Source: Candidatus Eiseniibacteriota bacterium (GTDB taxonomy: Bacteria > Joyebacterota > Joyebacteria > Joyebacterales > Joyebacteraceae). From it: a stretch of 35,653 bases of DNA. Position 1 is the first letter of the stretch. Each line of letters begins with the position of its first letter. The stretch is taken from contig JBDRFG010000062.1 of assembly GCA_043819135.1 (NCBI GenBank), positions 1-35,653 on the forward strand. Direction: 5' to 3'. Under the pieces are notes generated by a model. That model saw only the letters and a list, made by a program, of their open reading frames with translations. It was not told where the DNA came from and searched no databases. The translations under genes were made by a program, and so were the position numbers. Of the stretch, positions 8,040-16,908 are shown piece after piece.

Positions 8040-9395
8040 CTAGCCCTTAGATGATATCGACACATCCCTGAGCAGCAGGTGCGGGTAGCGATGGCTTCCG
8101 ATGAAGCCCATCAGTCCTACTCTCGTCACGTCGCTCGACAGGTCCAGCAGCTGGTCCTTCAGGAGCTTGTAGACGTTGCCTGCGATCATCGTGTCCTTGA
8201 CGCGACCGACGATCTTTCCACCCTCGACCTTGAAGCCGAGCGCCACGTTCCCGGAGAAGTCGCCGGCGACAAGGTTGCCCATCATGATGCCCATGATGCT
8301 GTCGACGATCACGCCGGCGCTGACGCCGGAGAGAAGCTCTGCGTATGGCTTGTCGCCCCCGCCCATCTCCCAGTTCGTGATCTCCGACGCCGGCATCTTG
8401 CCGAGGTCTTTCGTCTGGATCAGGCGCTTGAGCTTGAGCCCGTTCCCGGTGGCCGGGAGGTTCAGCTTCGCCGCCGTGCGCAGGTCGGTCAGAAAGTTCT
8501 TCAGCACGCCACCATCGACCAGCGTCGTCCTCTGCATGGGAACGCCTTCATCGTCGAAGGCCGCCGAGCTGTAGCCGCTCTCCATGAGCCCGTCGTCGTA
8601 GAGAGACACGCGCTCGTCGAAGATGGTCTCGCCGAGCTTCCCGGTAAGAGGAGAAATGCCTCTTTCGACCATCGAACCGTCGACGCCGTAGTTCAGGGTC
8701 AGCATCACGTCGGCCACGGCCCGAGGGGTCAAGATCACCGTCGTGGGACCGCTCGAGACGCCGACGTTCGTCCGTCCGTTCGCGAAGTCCTCGATGGTCT
8801 CGTCCACGAGCTGCGACCCGCCGGCATCCATCGCGGTACCTCCGTAGTAGCCGCCAGCCTCGAGCATGTTGTCACCCTCGACGAGCGAACCCGCGAGGTA
8901 GAACTGGTAGAGCGTGCGCTCCTGCGAGTGCTCGAACCCCTCGGACGTCGCGACGCTCACCGTCTGAACCCTGCGTGTCGTTCCCGACTCCGCATTGATC
9001 TCACCCTCGTAGTCCCGCAGCTTCGCGATGGCGTGCTCGGAGCGCTTCATCATCTCTTCGATGGACAGTCTCTTGACCCGCTCGTCGACCAGCTTCACAC
9101 CTGCGACGTCTGCTGCGCCCGCGAACTTGAACTCCACGGCATCGCCGCAGGCCGACGTCGCTATCGCGTCGTCGACCAGACGGTCCAGCCCGTCCGCCTT
9201 CGTCGTCGTCGCGTAGCCCATGCGGCCGTCCTTGACCAGCCGCAGCGCGTATCCCGTCTCCTCCGTGTTGGAGAGGTTCTTGAGCTTCCCTGCCTCGAAC
9301 TCGACCTCTGTGTTGAGGGAACTCAGTGAGTAGACCTCGCACCGCTCGGCGCCCTTCCCGATGGCCTTTTCGATGATCTTCCTCACGTTACTCAC
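8040..9395 (-). CDS. pmbA: TldE/PmbA family protein (non-catalytic partner of TldD)
   Basis: FDDEGVP, GDFSG, IAGNV motifs; no HExxxH; overlaps the tldD stop. Confidence 0.85.
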   Translation of the reverse strand: MSNVRKIIEKAIGKGAERCEVYSLSSLNTEVEFEAGKLKNLSNTEETGYALRLVKDGRMGYATTTKADGLDRLVDDAIATSACGDAVEFKFAGAADVAGVKLVDERVKRLSIEEMMKRSEHAIAKLRDYEGEINAESGTTRRVQTVSVATSEGFEHSQERTLYQFYLAGSLVEGDNMLEAGGYYGGTAMDAGGSQLVDETIEDFANGRTNVGVSSGPTTVILTPRAVADVMLTLNYGVDGSMVERGISPLTGKLGETIFDERVSLYDDGLMESGYSSAAFDDEGVPMQRTTLVDGGVLKNFLTDLRTAAKLNLPATGNGLKLKRLIQTKDLGKMPASEITNWEMGGGDKPYAELLSGVSAGVIVDSIMGIMMGNLVAGDFSGNVALGFKVEGGKIVGRVKDTMIAGNVYKLLKDQLLDLSSDVTRVGLMGFIGSHRYPHLLLRDVSISSKG

Positions 9396-10758
9396 CTCCG
9401 ATCACGACGTTCTGGATTCTGACGTGGGGCGCGCCGTCGCTGACGGGCAGCGGGAACTGACCTGACTTGCCGCATCCGCCCGGGCCGTCGTGGATGCCCA
9501 GATCGTCGCCGAGCATGTCGATGTCTTTGAGCGTCTTGAAGACGTTGCCGGTCAGCGTCACGTCGCGGACCCTCTCTGCCAGCTTGCCGTCGCGTATCAT
9601 GTGCCCGTCGGCCGCCGTGAACGTGAACATCTCGCCGTTGGTCTGCCCGCCGGAGGCCATGATGGCGTAGACGCCGAGCTTCGTGCCGGCGATCATGTCG
9701 TCGAAGCTCGAGTCGCCCGCCTCGATGCACGTGTTGCGCATGCGACACACCGGAGCGTAGCGGTAGTCGATGGACCGGGCGCTGCCGGTAGGACGCTCGC
9801 CCATCTTACCGGCGGTCTCGCGCGAGTGGAGCCTGCCCGTGAGCTTGCCGTCCGTGATGAGGTAGGTCTTCTCCGTCGGCACGCCCTCGTCGTCGTAGAC
9901 GACGTGGCCGCGCAGCCCCTTGTCGAGCCCCGTGTCGTAGACATTGAGGAACGGCCGTCCGAACTCACGCCCGAGCACCATCACCTTCTGCAGGTTCTCG
10001 TCCTCGTAGACGTTGTCGCCCTCCGACAGGTGGCCGAACGCCTCGTGAATGAAGACGCCGGCGAGCCGCGGGTCGAGCACGACCGTGTACTCTCCGCCCT
10101 TCACCTTCGGTGCGTCCAGCTTGGCGACCGCGATCTCGCAGCTCTTCCTGATGTCGTCCTCGAGCCCCAGCGCAACGCCGAAGTCGTCCGTCGAACCGAA
10201 CGATACCCAGTGCGACTGGGAATCACCGTCGCGGCTGGCCATCGCGGCGATGGCTCCGCCCATGTCCACGCGCTCCTGGTAGATGAGGCTGCCCTCGCTG
10301 CTTCCGAACCAGCGCCGGTGGCAGCGGTCGTAGAAACGCACGGTGGAGCTCACGATGAGATCGTGAGCCGCAAGCACCTGCTCGGTGTAGGCGCGGAAGA
10401 TCCCGACCTTCTTCTCCAGAGGGACCGCTCGAGGGTCGCTCTCGAGGTCTAGCGGTACGTCGGCACGGACGGGGTCCACTTCGGCTAATTGGCTCTTGTC
10501 CTTGCCCACGAGCCTCGCCTGGTCTATGGCGTGCTGCGCGAACTCATCGATACGGTCGACGCTGTTGAAGGACGCGAACCCCCACCCGCCCTTGTTGAGC
10601 GCGCGGACGTTGCCTCCGAAATCGACCTTCTTCCCGAGGTCGGTCAGCTGCGGCCCCGTGAACTGGACCCTCGACTCCTCGGTCTCCTCGATGTGCACCT
10701 CGAGATAGTCGCACTGCGAGGAGAACTTCTTGAGCGTTTGTTCCAGCCGGTCCTTCAT
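9388..10758 (-). CDS. tldD: TldD family metalloprotease
   Basis: HEAFGH metal-binding motif, YDDEG, RMRNT, CGKSGQ..PVSDGAPH. Confidence 0.92.
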   Translation of the reverse strand: MKDRLEQTLKKFSSQCDYLEVHIEETEESRVQFTGPQLTDLGKKVDFGGNVRALNKGGWGFASFNSVDRIDEFAQHAIDQARLVGKDKSQLAEVDPVRADVPLDLESDPRAVPLEKKVGIFRAYTEQVLAAHDLIVSSTVRFYDRCHRRWFGSSEGSLIYQERVDMGGAIAAMASRDGDSQSHWVSFGSTDDFGVALGLEDDIRKSCEIAVAKLDAPKVKGGEYTVVLDPRLAGVFIHEAFGHLSEGDNVYEDENLQKVMVLGREFGRPFLNVYDTGLDKGLRGHVVYDDEGVPTEKTYLITDGKLTGRLHSRETAGKMGERPTGSARSIDYRYAPVCRMRNTCIEAGDSSFDDMIAGTKLGVYAIMASGGQTNGEMFTFTAADGHMIRDGKLAERVRDVTLTGNVFKTLKDIDMLGDDLGIHDGPGGCGKSGQFPLPVSDGAPHVRIQNVVIGGE

Positions 10759-10779
10759 GTCCGTCTCCCAGGGGAGTCT

Positions 10780-11202
10780 CTAGTCGTCTTCCACCAGTGT
10801 TATCTTGTGGCTCATCTCGACCGGGTCGCGAAGCGAGCCTCCGACTGTGCAGTACTTGTCTTCGGAGAGGCGGACGGCCTTCTCGACCTTGTCGGGGGAG
10901 AGTCCCTTCCCCTTGATGACGTACTCCGTCTCGATCCGTGCGAACCTCGCGGGATAGCCCTCGGCCTTCGTGGCTCTCACGATGACTTCCATGTCCTCGA
11001 CGGGCTCACGCATCTTCTTCAGGATCTCGACGGTGTCGCTGCCCGTGCAGCCGGCGAGCCCCCAGAGCACTAGCTCCGCGGGGCGGAAACCGTCGCCCTC
11101 ACCGCCCACCTCCTTGCTCCAGTCCATCCTGACGGTGTGACCCTCTCCGTCCTTGCCCTCGAACTTCCGTCCTCCGACCCACTTCGCCTTGACCTCGAGC
11201 AA
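10780..11202 (-). CDS. OsmC/YhfA family protein
   Basis: RPAELVLWGLAGCTG and KYCTV two-Cys motifs; TTG start at 11202 behind AAGGAGGTG. Confidence 0.85.
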   Translation of the reverse strand: MLEVKAKWVGGRKFEGKDGEGHTVRMDWSKEVGGEGDGFRPAELVLWGLAGCTGSDTVEILKKMREPVEDMEVIVRATKAEGYPARFARIETEYVIKGKGLSPDKVEKAVRLSEDKYCTVGGSLRDPVEMSHKITLVEDD

Positions 11203-11249
11203 CAGCACCTCCTTGGGATCAAGTCCGTGGCGTAGGGTGTCCCGGCCTG

Positions 11250-11921
11250 CTACCAGGCCGGGATCCTGTATGCGATGCCGACGGTCACGGACGCGCAGTT
11301 CCCGCTCAAGGGATCGTCGAGCGCGTTCTCCGTGAGCCCGACGGCGTGGTGTCCATAGCCCCCGTGCGTGTAGTCGGCCCGCAGGAAAGCGGACCACGCG
11401 CTGCTGTGAATGTAGTCGACGCCGAGCGTGACGTAGGCGCCGTAGCCGGTCAGTCGCTCGAACGGGTCGGATGAGTCATAGCCCGTGTCGCGCTCCAGGG
11501 TGAGCTTCGCCCACCCGGCGCCCACGAACGGCTGGAAGCGATACTCCTCGAAGAAACTGAATCTGGCGCCGACCTTGATGAGGTCGAGGTCCCACTCTCT
11601 CTTCTCTTCGCCCGCGCCGACGGTGTGATTCGTCTGGAGCATCCGCCCCTCGAACGCGATGTTGTCGGAGACGCCCCACATCATCCCGAACCCGAAGCCC
11701 AGGCCCTCGGTGACGTCGAACTCCTCCCTGTAACCCGCGCCGGTGGCGAACGTCACGCGCGGGAACTCCGCCCAGATCTCGGCTCCCCCGCGACCGTACC
11801 GCGTCGACCTCCAGCCCCGACCGGGTCGTGCCGCCGATGCCTCCAGAACCGTTGCGGCGAGGACCAGCGCCACCAGGACCAGCGCGACGGCGAGCAGCGT
11901 GTGGCTATTCTTCAGTCTCAT
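11250..11921 (-). CDS. Outer membrane beta-barrel protein (OmpA/OmpW-like small barrel)
   Basis: Signal peptide, alternating amphipathic strands (QPFVGAG, YVTLGVDY), aromatic C-terminus. Confidence 0.7.
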   Translation of the reverse strand: MRLKNSHTLLAVALVLVALVLAATVLEASAARPGRGWRSTRYGRGGAEIWAEFPRVTFATGAGYREEFDVTEGLGFGFGMMWGVSDNIAFEGRMLQTNHTVGAGEEKREWDLDLIKVGARFSFFEEYRFQPFVGAGWAKLTLERDTGYDSSDPFERLTGYGAYVTLGVDYIHSSAWSAFLRADYTHGGYGHHAVGLTENALDDPLSGNCASVTVGIAYRIPAW

Positions 11922-12228
11922 TCTTGATCCACTCCCCGTAGTCCTTTGACACACCCGCGATGCCGACCGTCACGACCTCGGGCACCTCGTAGGGGTGCCT
12001 CTCGATGATCCACTGCTCAAGTGAGGGCGCCAGAGAGCGCGTCGTCTTGAAGACGCAGAGCCACTCTTCTGCTTCCTCCATTGCTCCGTTCCACCAGTAG
12101 GTGCTGCTAACGGGCCCCACGAGCTGGCCGCAAGCCGCAAGCCGGCGCCCTACCGCATCGCGGATAAGTTCCCCCGCGACTTGTCGGTCGTCGAGCGTCG
12201 TCTGGATTTGAACGAACTCGTGCGGCAT
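11905..12228 (-). CDS. cutA: Divalent-cation tolerance protein CutA
   Basis: RLAACGQ, STYWWNG, E..KT, HPYEVPE motifs. Confidence 0.93.
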   Translation of the reverse strand: MPHEFVQIQTTLDDRQVAGELIRDAVGRRLAACGQLVGPVSSTYWWNGAMEEAEEWLCVFKTTRSLAPSLEQWIIERHPYEVPEVVTVGIAGVSKDYGEWIKNETEE

Positions 12229-12288
12229 GGACCGTGGCGTCACGTCGCGTGCCTCAGCGTGTGTGAGAGGGAGCGCCGGTCGGGCGCA

Positions 12289-13614
12289 CTAGATAAGTAT
12301 ATACCTCAGGACAAACAGAGCGGCAAGCAAATACACCAACCAGTGGACTTCCCTGGCCCTGCCCGAGAACGCCTTGATGAGCGGGTAACTGATGAAACCG
12401 ATCGCCAGCCCGTGCGCGATGCTCGACGTCATGGGCATGATAATGAGCGTCAGGAAGGCCGGTATGGCCTCCGAGTACTCGTCCCACTCGATCCCGGTGA
12501 TGCACTTCATCATCATGCATCCGACAATGACGAGCGCCGGCGCCGTGACGGGATGGAGGAAGACGCCGGGGGCAATCTCGAATCCTCCCCCGAACATCTC
12601 GGCCAGCGGAGAGAAGAAGAGCGCCAGCAGGAAGAGGCCCGCCGTCATGATGCCGGCGAGTCCCGTCCGGCCGCCCGCGCTGACGCCGGCCGCGCTCTCT
12701 ATGTAGCTCGTGGTGGTGGACGTTCCCACCGCGGCGCCCACCATCGTGCCCACGGAGTCAGCGAGGAGCGCCCGGTTGACGCGCGGGAGCTTCCCGTCCT
12801 TCATGAACCCGGCCTGCGTTCCGACGCCGATCAGCGTACCAACGGTGTCGAACATGTCGAAGAAGAGGAAGATGAAGATGGGAGTGAGATACTCCCATCG
12901 GAGCGCCCCGATCGGATCCATCTTGAACAGCGTCGGCTCGAGCGTCGGCACGGCGAAGACGCCGGTGAACGTGATGAGTCGGGTCGCCAGACCGGCGGCG
13001 CCGGTGGCGAGTATGCCCCAGAAGATCCCGCCGCGGACCCTCGCCGCCATCAGTATCCCGGTGACCGCGAGACCGAAGAGGGCCAGCAGGGTGTGCGGGC
13101 GGTGCAGGTCGCCGAGGGTCAGGTAGGCGGCCGGGTCGGACTCGATGATGCCCGCGTCCTTCAGGCCCAGGAACGCGATGAAGAGACCGATGCCCGCCGC
13201 GGTGGCCAGCTTGAGCGTGCCGGGAATGGCCGTGATGATGAGTTCGCGCGCGCGCGCGACCGTCAGGATGGTGAAGACGACGCCAGAGATGAAGACTATG
13301 CCGAGGGCGATGGTCCACGGCACGCCCATTTTCCCGCAGACGACGAAGCTGAAGTACGCGTTGAGCCCCATGCCTGGAGCAAGCGCTATCGGGTAGTTGG
13401 CCCAGAGGGCCATTATGAGCGTGGCGATGGCGGAGCTGATGCACGTCGCCGCCATGACCGCCCGGAAATCCATGGCCGCCCCGGCGGAGGACGACAGCAG
13501 TCCGGGGTTCACGAAGATGATGTAGGCCATCGCCATGAAGGTGGTGGCACCGGCGAGAAGCTCGGTGCGAGGAGTCGTACCGTTCTCTCTGAGCTTGAAG
13601 ATGCGCTCCAGCAT
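12289..13614 (-). CDS. NCS2 family (AzgA/PbuG-like) purine permease
   Basis: TTFMAMAYIIFVNP, ALAPGMGLNAYF, DMFDTVGT, YIESAAG..GGRTG; start MLERIF behind GAGGGAG. Confidence 0.93.
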   Translation of the reverse strand: MLERIFKLRENGTTPRTELLAGATTFMAMAYIIFVNPGLLSSSAGAAMDFRAVMAATCISSAIATLIMALWANYPIALAPGMGLNAYFSFVVCGKMGVPWTIALGIVFISGVVFTILTVARARELIITAIPGTLKLATAAGIGLFIAFLGLKDAGIIESDPAAYLTLGDLHRPHTLLALFGLAVTGILMAARVRGGIFWGILATGAAGLATRLITFTGVFAVPTLEPTLFKMDPIGALRWEYLTPIFIFLFFDMFDTVGTLIGVGTQAGFMKDGKLPRVNRALLADSVGTMVGAAVGTSTTTSYIESAAGVSAGGRTGLAGIMTAGLFLLALFFSPLAEMFGGGFEIAPGVFLHPVTAPALVIVGCMMMKCITGIEWDEYSEAIPAFLTLIIMPMTSSIAHGLAIGFISYPLIKAFSGRAREVHWLVYLLAALFVLRYILI

Positions 13615-13711
13615 GGCTCCCTCCCTCGTGGGCAGTATCGGAGGATCCGGCAGTCGGGCGCGGCCGCCGGAAGCCAGCAGTCGGGCAGGGACTGCGCGGC
13701 CATTCGCGGGC

Positions 13712-13740
13712 AGTATAGGAAGGGCTGGAAGAGCGGGCAA
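13712..13740 (-). promoter_or_regulatory. Putative sigma70 promoter of the NCS2 permease
   Basis: Minus strand TTGCCC-17 nt-TATACT about 100 nt upstream of the start. Confidence 0.55.
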
Positions 13741-13860
13741 GGGGAAAGCTGCGGGCCTGGAACGGCCGGCGATGGGATCCGGCGGAGTCCGGAAGGAGAC
13801 AGCGGGCGACCGGCTGCGCGGAGCCGACCGCCCGTCTGAGGGTAGTTCTTCTTGCGTCTG

Positions 13861-14361
13861 CTAGCGTTTCCCTCCACCGCCGCGCCCGCCTCCGGGCCCT
13901 CCGCTCATCCGGGAACGCATCTGCTCGCGCAGCAGCTCGGCCTTGCGAATCAGCTCGCGATACTCATTCATCTGCTCCGAGGTCAGGAGTTCCGCCAGCC
14001 GGTCCTCGGTCCGCTCGTTCAGGTCGTCCATTCCCGCTCGAATGTCATCCATCATCGACGGGTCGGGCCGTCCTCCGCTTTGAGGCCGCATCGCTGCGAA
14101 CATCTCCTCGCGCTCATCCTCTGCGGCCTCGAGCGCCGCCCGGACGAGTGGCAACTGTTCGGGCTCGAGTTCGAGCTGCGTAATGATCTCGTAGACGGAC
14201 GGGCCCTGGGGCATCTGCATCGCCCCTCCCCGTCCACCGGTGGGATAGCCGCTGTTCGTTTCGGAGCCGCAGCCGCTGACGGTCACCTGAACCGACAGCG
14301 CCAGCGCGAGCGCCGCGAGCAGAGACAGAGCTGTAGGGATGAGACCACGTTGCCTCGTCAT
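13861..14361 (-). CDS. Putative lipoprotein, Spy/CpxP (LTXXQ)-like helical periplasmic protein
   Basis: Hydrophobic signal ending VSGC (lipobox-like), LELEPEQ and LLTSEQ motifs, Gly-rich end; RBS AAGGAG. Confidence 0.65.
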   Translation of the reverse strand: MTRQRGLIPTALSLLAALALALSVQVTVSGCGSETNSGYPTGGRGGAMQMPQGPSVYEIITQLELEPEQLPLVRAALEAAEDEREEMFAAMRPQSGGRPDPSMMDDIRAGMDDLNERTEDRLAELLTSEQMNEYRELIRKAELLREQMRSRMSGGPGGGRGGGGKR

Positions 14362-14543
14362 TGCCGTCTCCTTCTCTTTCCGGGAAGCATTGCCGCCGCG
14401 AGATTTCGCCTCATGCTCCACCTCGCGGCGGCGTCCTGCAGGGGGGTGGCCGACCCGCGTGTCGGAGTTCGCGAGAAGGCCTCGGGAGACGGACGAGGGA
14501 GTGACCGGCGGGGTCTCCCAATCCACCGGCCGGGGGGATGCTG

Positions 14544-15179
14544 CTAGTCGTCGTCGACCGCGTCGTCAGCGAACGGGCACCACGGCGTCATCTGACCGGG
14601 CGTCCCGCCACCCATTCCGGGGCCGCCCATCGCGCTACGAGCGCCCATCGCGCTACCGGGACCGCCCTTTGCGCCGCCACGGCCCATCATACCACCGCCG
14701 CCCATTCCACCTCTGCGACCCATCATGCCCGGATGACCCTGACCGCCCATACCGCCATGGAGCAGCCCGCCAAGGCCCCGGTCGAAGAGCACCTTCTGGT
14801 CGTCGTCGAGAAGCGGGCGGATCTCCTTGTGGATCTGGAGCCTCAGCTTCGCCAGCTTCACTTTGATCGCGGATACTTCCTCGATGGTGTTCTCGATGGC
14901 GCCGTAGTCCGGGGCGGCATCGTCCTCGACGTCACGCGCCTCGAGCATGATGACCTTGAGCCTGTTCGTCAGCTCAGCCCGATCGTCGTTGTAATTGTCT
15001 TGGATCTTCTCTATCTGCTCCTGCTGCTCTGCTGTGAACGCCGGTCCCATGCCTCTTCCCATTCCCCGATGTCCTCCTCCGGCCCTGCCACGCATCGCGA
15101 CGGCGGGAACAGCTATCAGAGCCACAGCCACCAGCGCCAGTACCACGATCGTTATGAGCTTCCTCTTCTTCGACTTCAT
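14544..15179 (-). CDS. Spy/CpxP/ZraP family periplasmic chaperone or metal sensor
   Basis: Signal peptide, FTAEQQEQI and LLDDDQK motifs, Gly/Met-rich flanks; lies downstream of a ZraSR-like pair. Confidence 0.75.
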   Translation of the reverse strand: MKSKKRKLITIVVLALVAVALIAVPAVAMRGRAGGGHRGMGRGMGPAFTAEQQEQIEKIQDNYNDDRAELTNRLKVIMLEARDVEDDAAPDYGAIENTIEEVSAIKVKLAKLRLQIHKEIRPLLDDDQKVLFDRGLGGLLHGGMGGQGHPGMMGRRGGMGGGGMMGRGGAKGGPGSAMGARSAMGGPGMGGGTPGQMTPWCPFADDAVDDD

Positions 15180-15320
15180 CGTTCTCTCCCTTCGATTCCG
15201 GATCCTGAGGGCGACTGCCATCGGGCCGTCTCTTCTTCGGACCCCCGACCTCTTTCCTTCTGTGATGCCCGCGACCGTGGGTCGTGTTCCAGTCGCGAGC
15301 ATGTTCTGCCTCTTAATCAA

Positions 15321-15336
15321 AGCAACCGTGATGCCA
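15321..15336 (-). promoter_or_regulatory. Sigma54 (-24/-12) promoter for the Spy/ZraP-like gene
   Basis: Minus strand TGGCATCACGGTTGCT, matching TGGCA-N6-TTGC (GG-N10-GC). Confidence 0.85.
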
Positions 15337-15545
15337 AAACGGGCCGGGTCGACGACGATTCTTGCGGAGCGCGCAACGCCACACTGTTACACAAGTTGCG
15401 CGCGCCGGTCGCGCGGGCGTGCCGCGTTCGGAAAGCCGGAGGTGTGTCGTTTGTTCCCCAGGAGACCTGACGGGACACCGGAAGTGCGCAGGTTCTTCGC
15501 ACCCTTCGGACATGCCCGGAGGCGCGTGCGGTGAGCCCCAAACGA

Positions 15546-16889
15546 CTACAGGTCTATTGCGTATTCCTTGATCTTGTTCTGGAGGGTCCTTCTGGAGATG
15601 CCGAGGACCTTCGCCGCGTGGGTCCTGTTCCCCTCGGTCTGCTTGAGGGTCTTTATGATGGTGTCGCGCTCGACCTCGCGCATGGTCTTGCCGCCAGTGA
15701 GTGACGTCCCCTCCCCGCCGACGGACGAGGCCTGGACCTTGGCCGGAAGGTGCTCGGGGAATATCGTCTCGCCGCGGGAGAGCACGACAGCTCGCTGCAC
15801 GGCGTTCTCGAGCTCGCGGACGTTGCCGGGCCACTCGTAGTTCATCGCCATGCGCACCGTGCTCGGCGACATCTTCTTGGGCTTGCCGCCCGACGGCGCG
15901 TGGGCCCGCAGGAAGTGGTCTATGAGAAGCGGAATATCACCCACCCTGTCTCGCAGCGGTGGCAGCGTAATGGTGACGACGTTCAGCCGGAAGTAGAGGT
16001 CCTCGCGGAAGCTCCCCGCTGCTATCTCGGCTTCGAGGTCCTTGTTGGTAGCCGCGATGACGCGCACGTCAACCTTGACGTCCGTGGACCCACCGACGCG
16101 CTGCACGATATGATCCTGTAGAAACCGGAGGAGCTTCGCCTGGAGTGCCTCGGACATGTCGCCGATCTCATCCAGGAAGACGGTCCCTCCGTCGGCCGTC
16201 TCGAACTTCCCTCGCTTCTGATGAACGGCGCCGGTGAAGGCGCCCTTCTCGTGACCGAAGAGCTCACTCTCGAGGAGTCCCTCCGGGATCGCCGAGCAGT
16301 TGACCGCGACGAGGGGCTTCCTCACGCGACCGCTCGAACTGTGGATCTCCCGGGCTATCATATCCTTGCCGGTACCGCTCTCGCCGAGGAGGAGGACCGA
16401 CGCGTCACTGTCGGCCACTCGGTGGGCGATGTCGAGCACGTCACGAAGCGCGTCGCTCGCCCCGATGATGCCCGTCGCGAGCGCGAACTCGTCGCGTTCG
16501 TCCGCGTGCGACTCGGGCGTGCCCTCCATCCAGCGGCCGATGACCCGCCGCACCTCGTCGATGTCTATCGGCTTCGTGATGTAATCGAAAGCCCCGAGCT
16601 TCATGGCGGAGACCGCGGTCTCAACGGAGGCGTACGCCGTCATCATGATGACGCCGGTCTCGGGGCTTAAGCTCTTGATGCGTTCGAGCGCCTCGATGCC
16701 GTCCATGCCGGGCATGCGCAGGTCCATGACGACGAGATCGTGGAAGCCGGCCCGGAGTCGTTCCACCGCCGCCTCGCCGTCGCCGGCGGTGTCGACCGCG
16801 TGGCCGTCGCTCTCGAGGACGGCGCGCAGGAGTTCCAGCACGCTGGACTGGTCGTCGACGACGAGGATGTTGAGTGGCGCTGCCTCCAT
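15546..16889 (-). CDS. Sigma54-dependent response regulator (NtrC/ZraR family)
   Basis: Receiver (VVDD, DLRMP, KP), Walker A GESGTGKD, ESELFGHEKGAFTGA, FLDEIG, WPGNVRELEN, Fis HTH. Confidence 0.95.
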   Translation of the reverse strand: MEAAPLNILVVDDQSSVLELLRAVLESDGHAVDTAGDGEAAVERLRAGFHDLVVMDLRMPGMDGIEALERIKSLSPETGVIMMTAYASVETAVSAMKLGAFDYITKPIDIDEVRRVIGRWMEGTPESHADERDEFALATGIIGASDALRDVLDIAHRVADSDASVLLLGESGTGKDMIAREIHSSSGRVRKPLVAVNCSAIPEGLLESELFGHEKGAFTGAVHQKRGKFETADGGTVFLDEIGDMSEALQAKLLRFLQDHIVQRVGGSTDVKVDVRVIAATNKDLEAEIAAGSFREDLYFRLNVVTITLPPLRDRVGDIPLLIDHFLRAHAPSGGKPKKMSPSTVRMAMNYEWPGNVRELENAVQRAVVLSRGETIFPEHLPAKVQASSVGGEGTSLTGGKTMREVERDTIIKTLKQTEGNRTHAAKVLGISRRTLQNKIKEYAIDL

Positions 16890-16908
16890 CTACTCTCCTC
16901 TGGTCGCT

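Noticed and set aside
13615..13860. Purine riboswitch upstream of the NCS2 permease
   Set aside because: The conserved aptamer core (e.g. UUUCUACC, CCGUAAA) is not visible; only a sigma70-like promoter and GC-rich sequence
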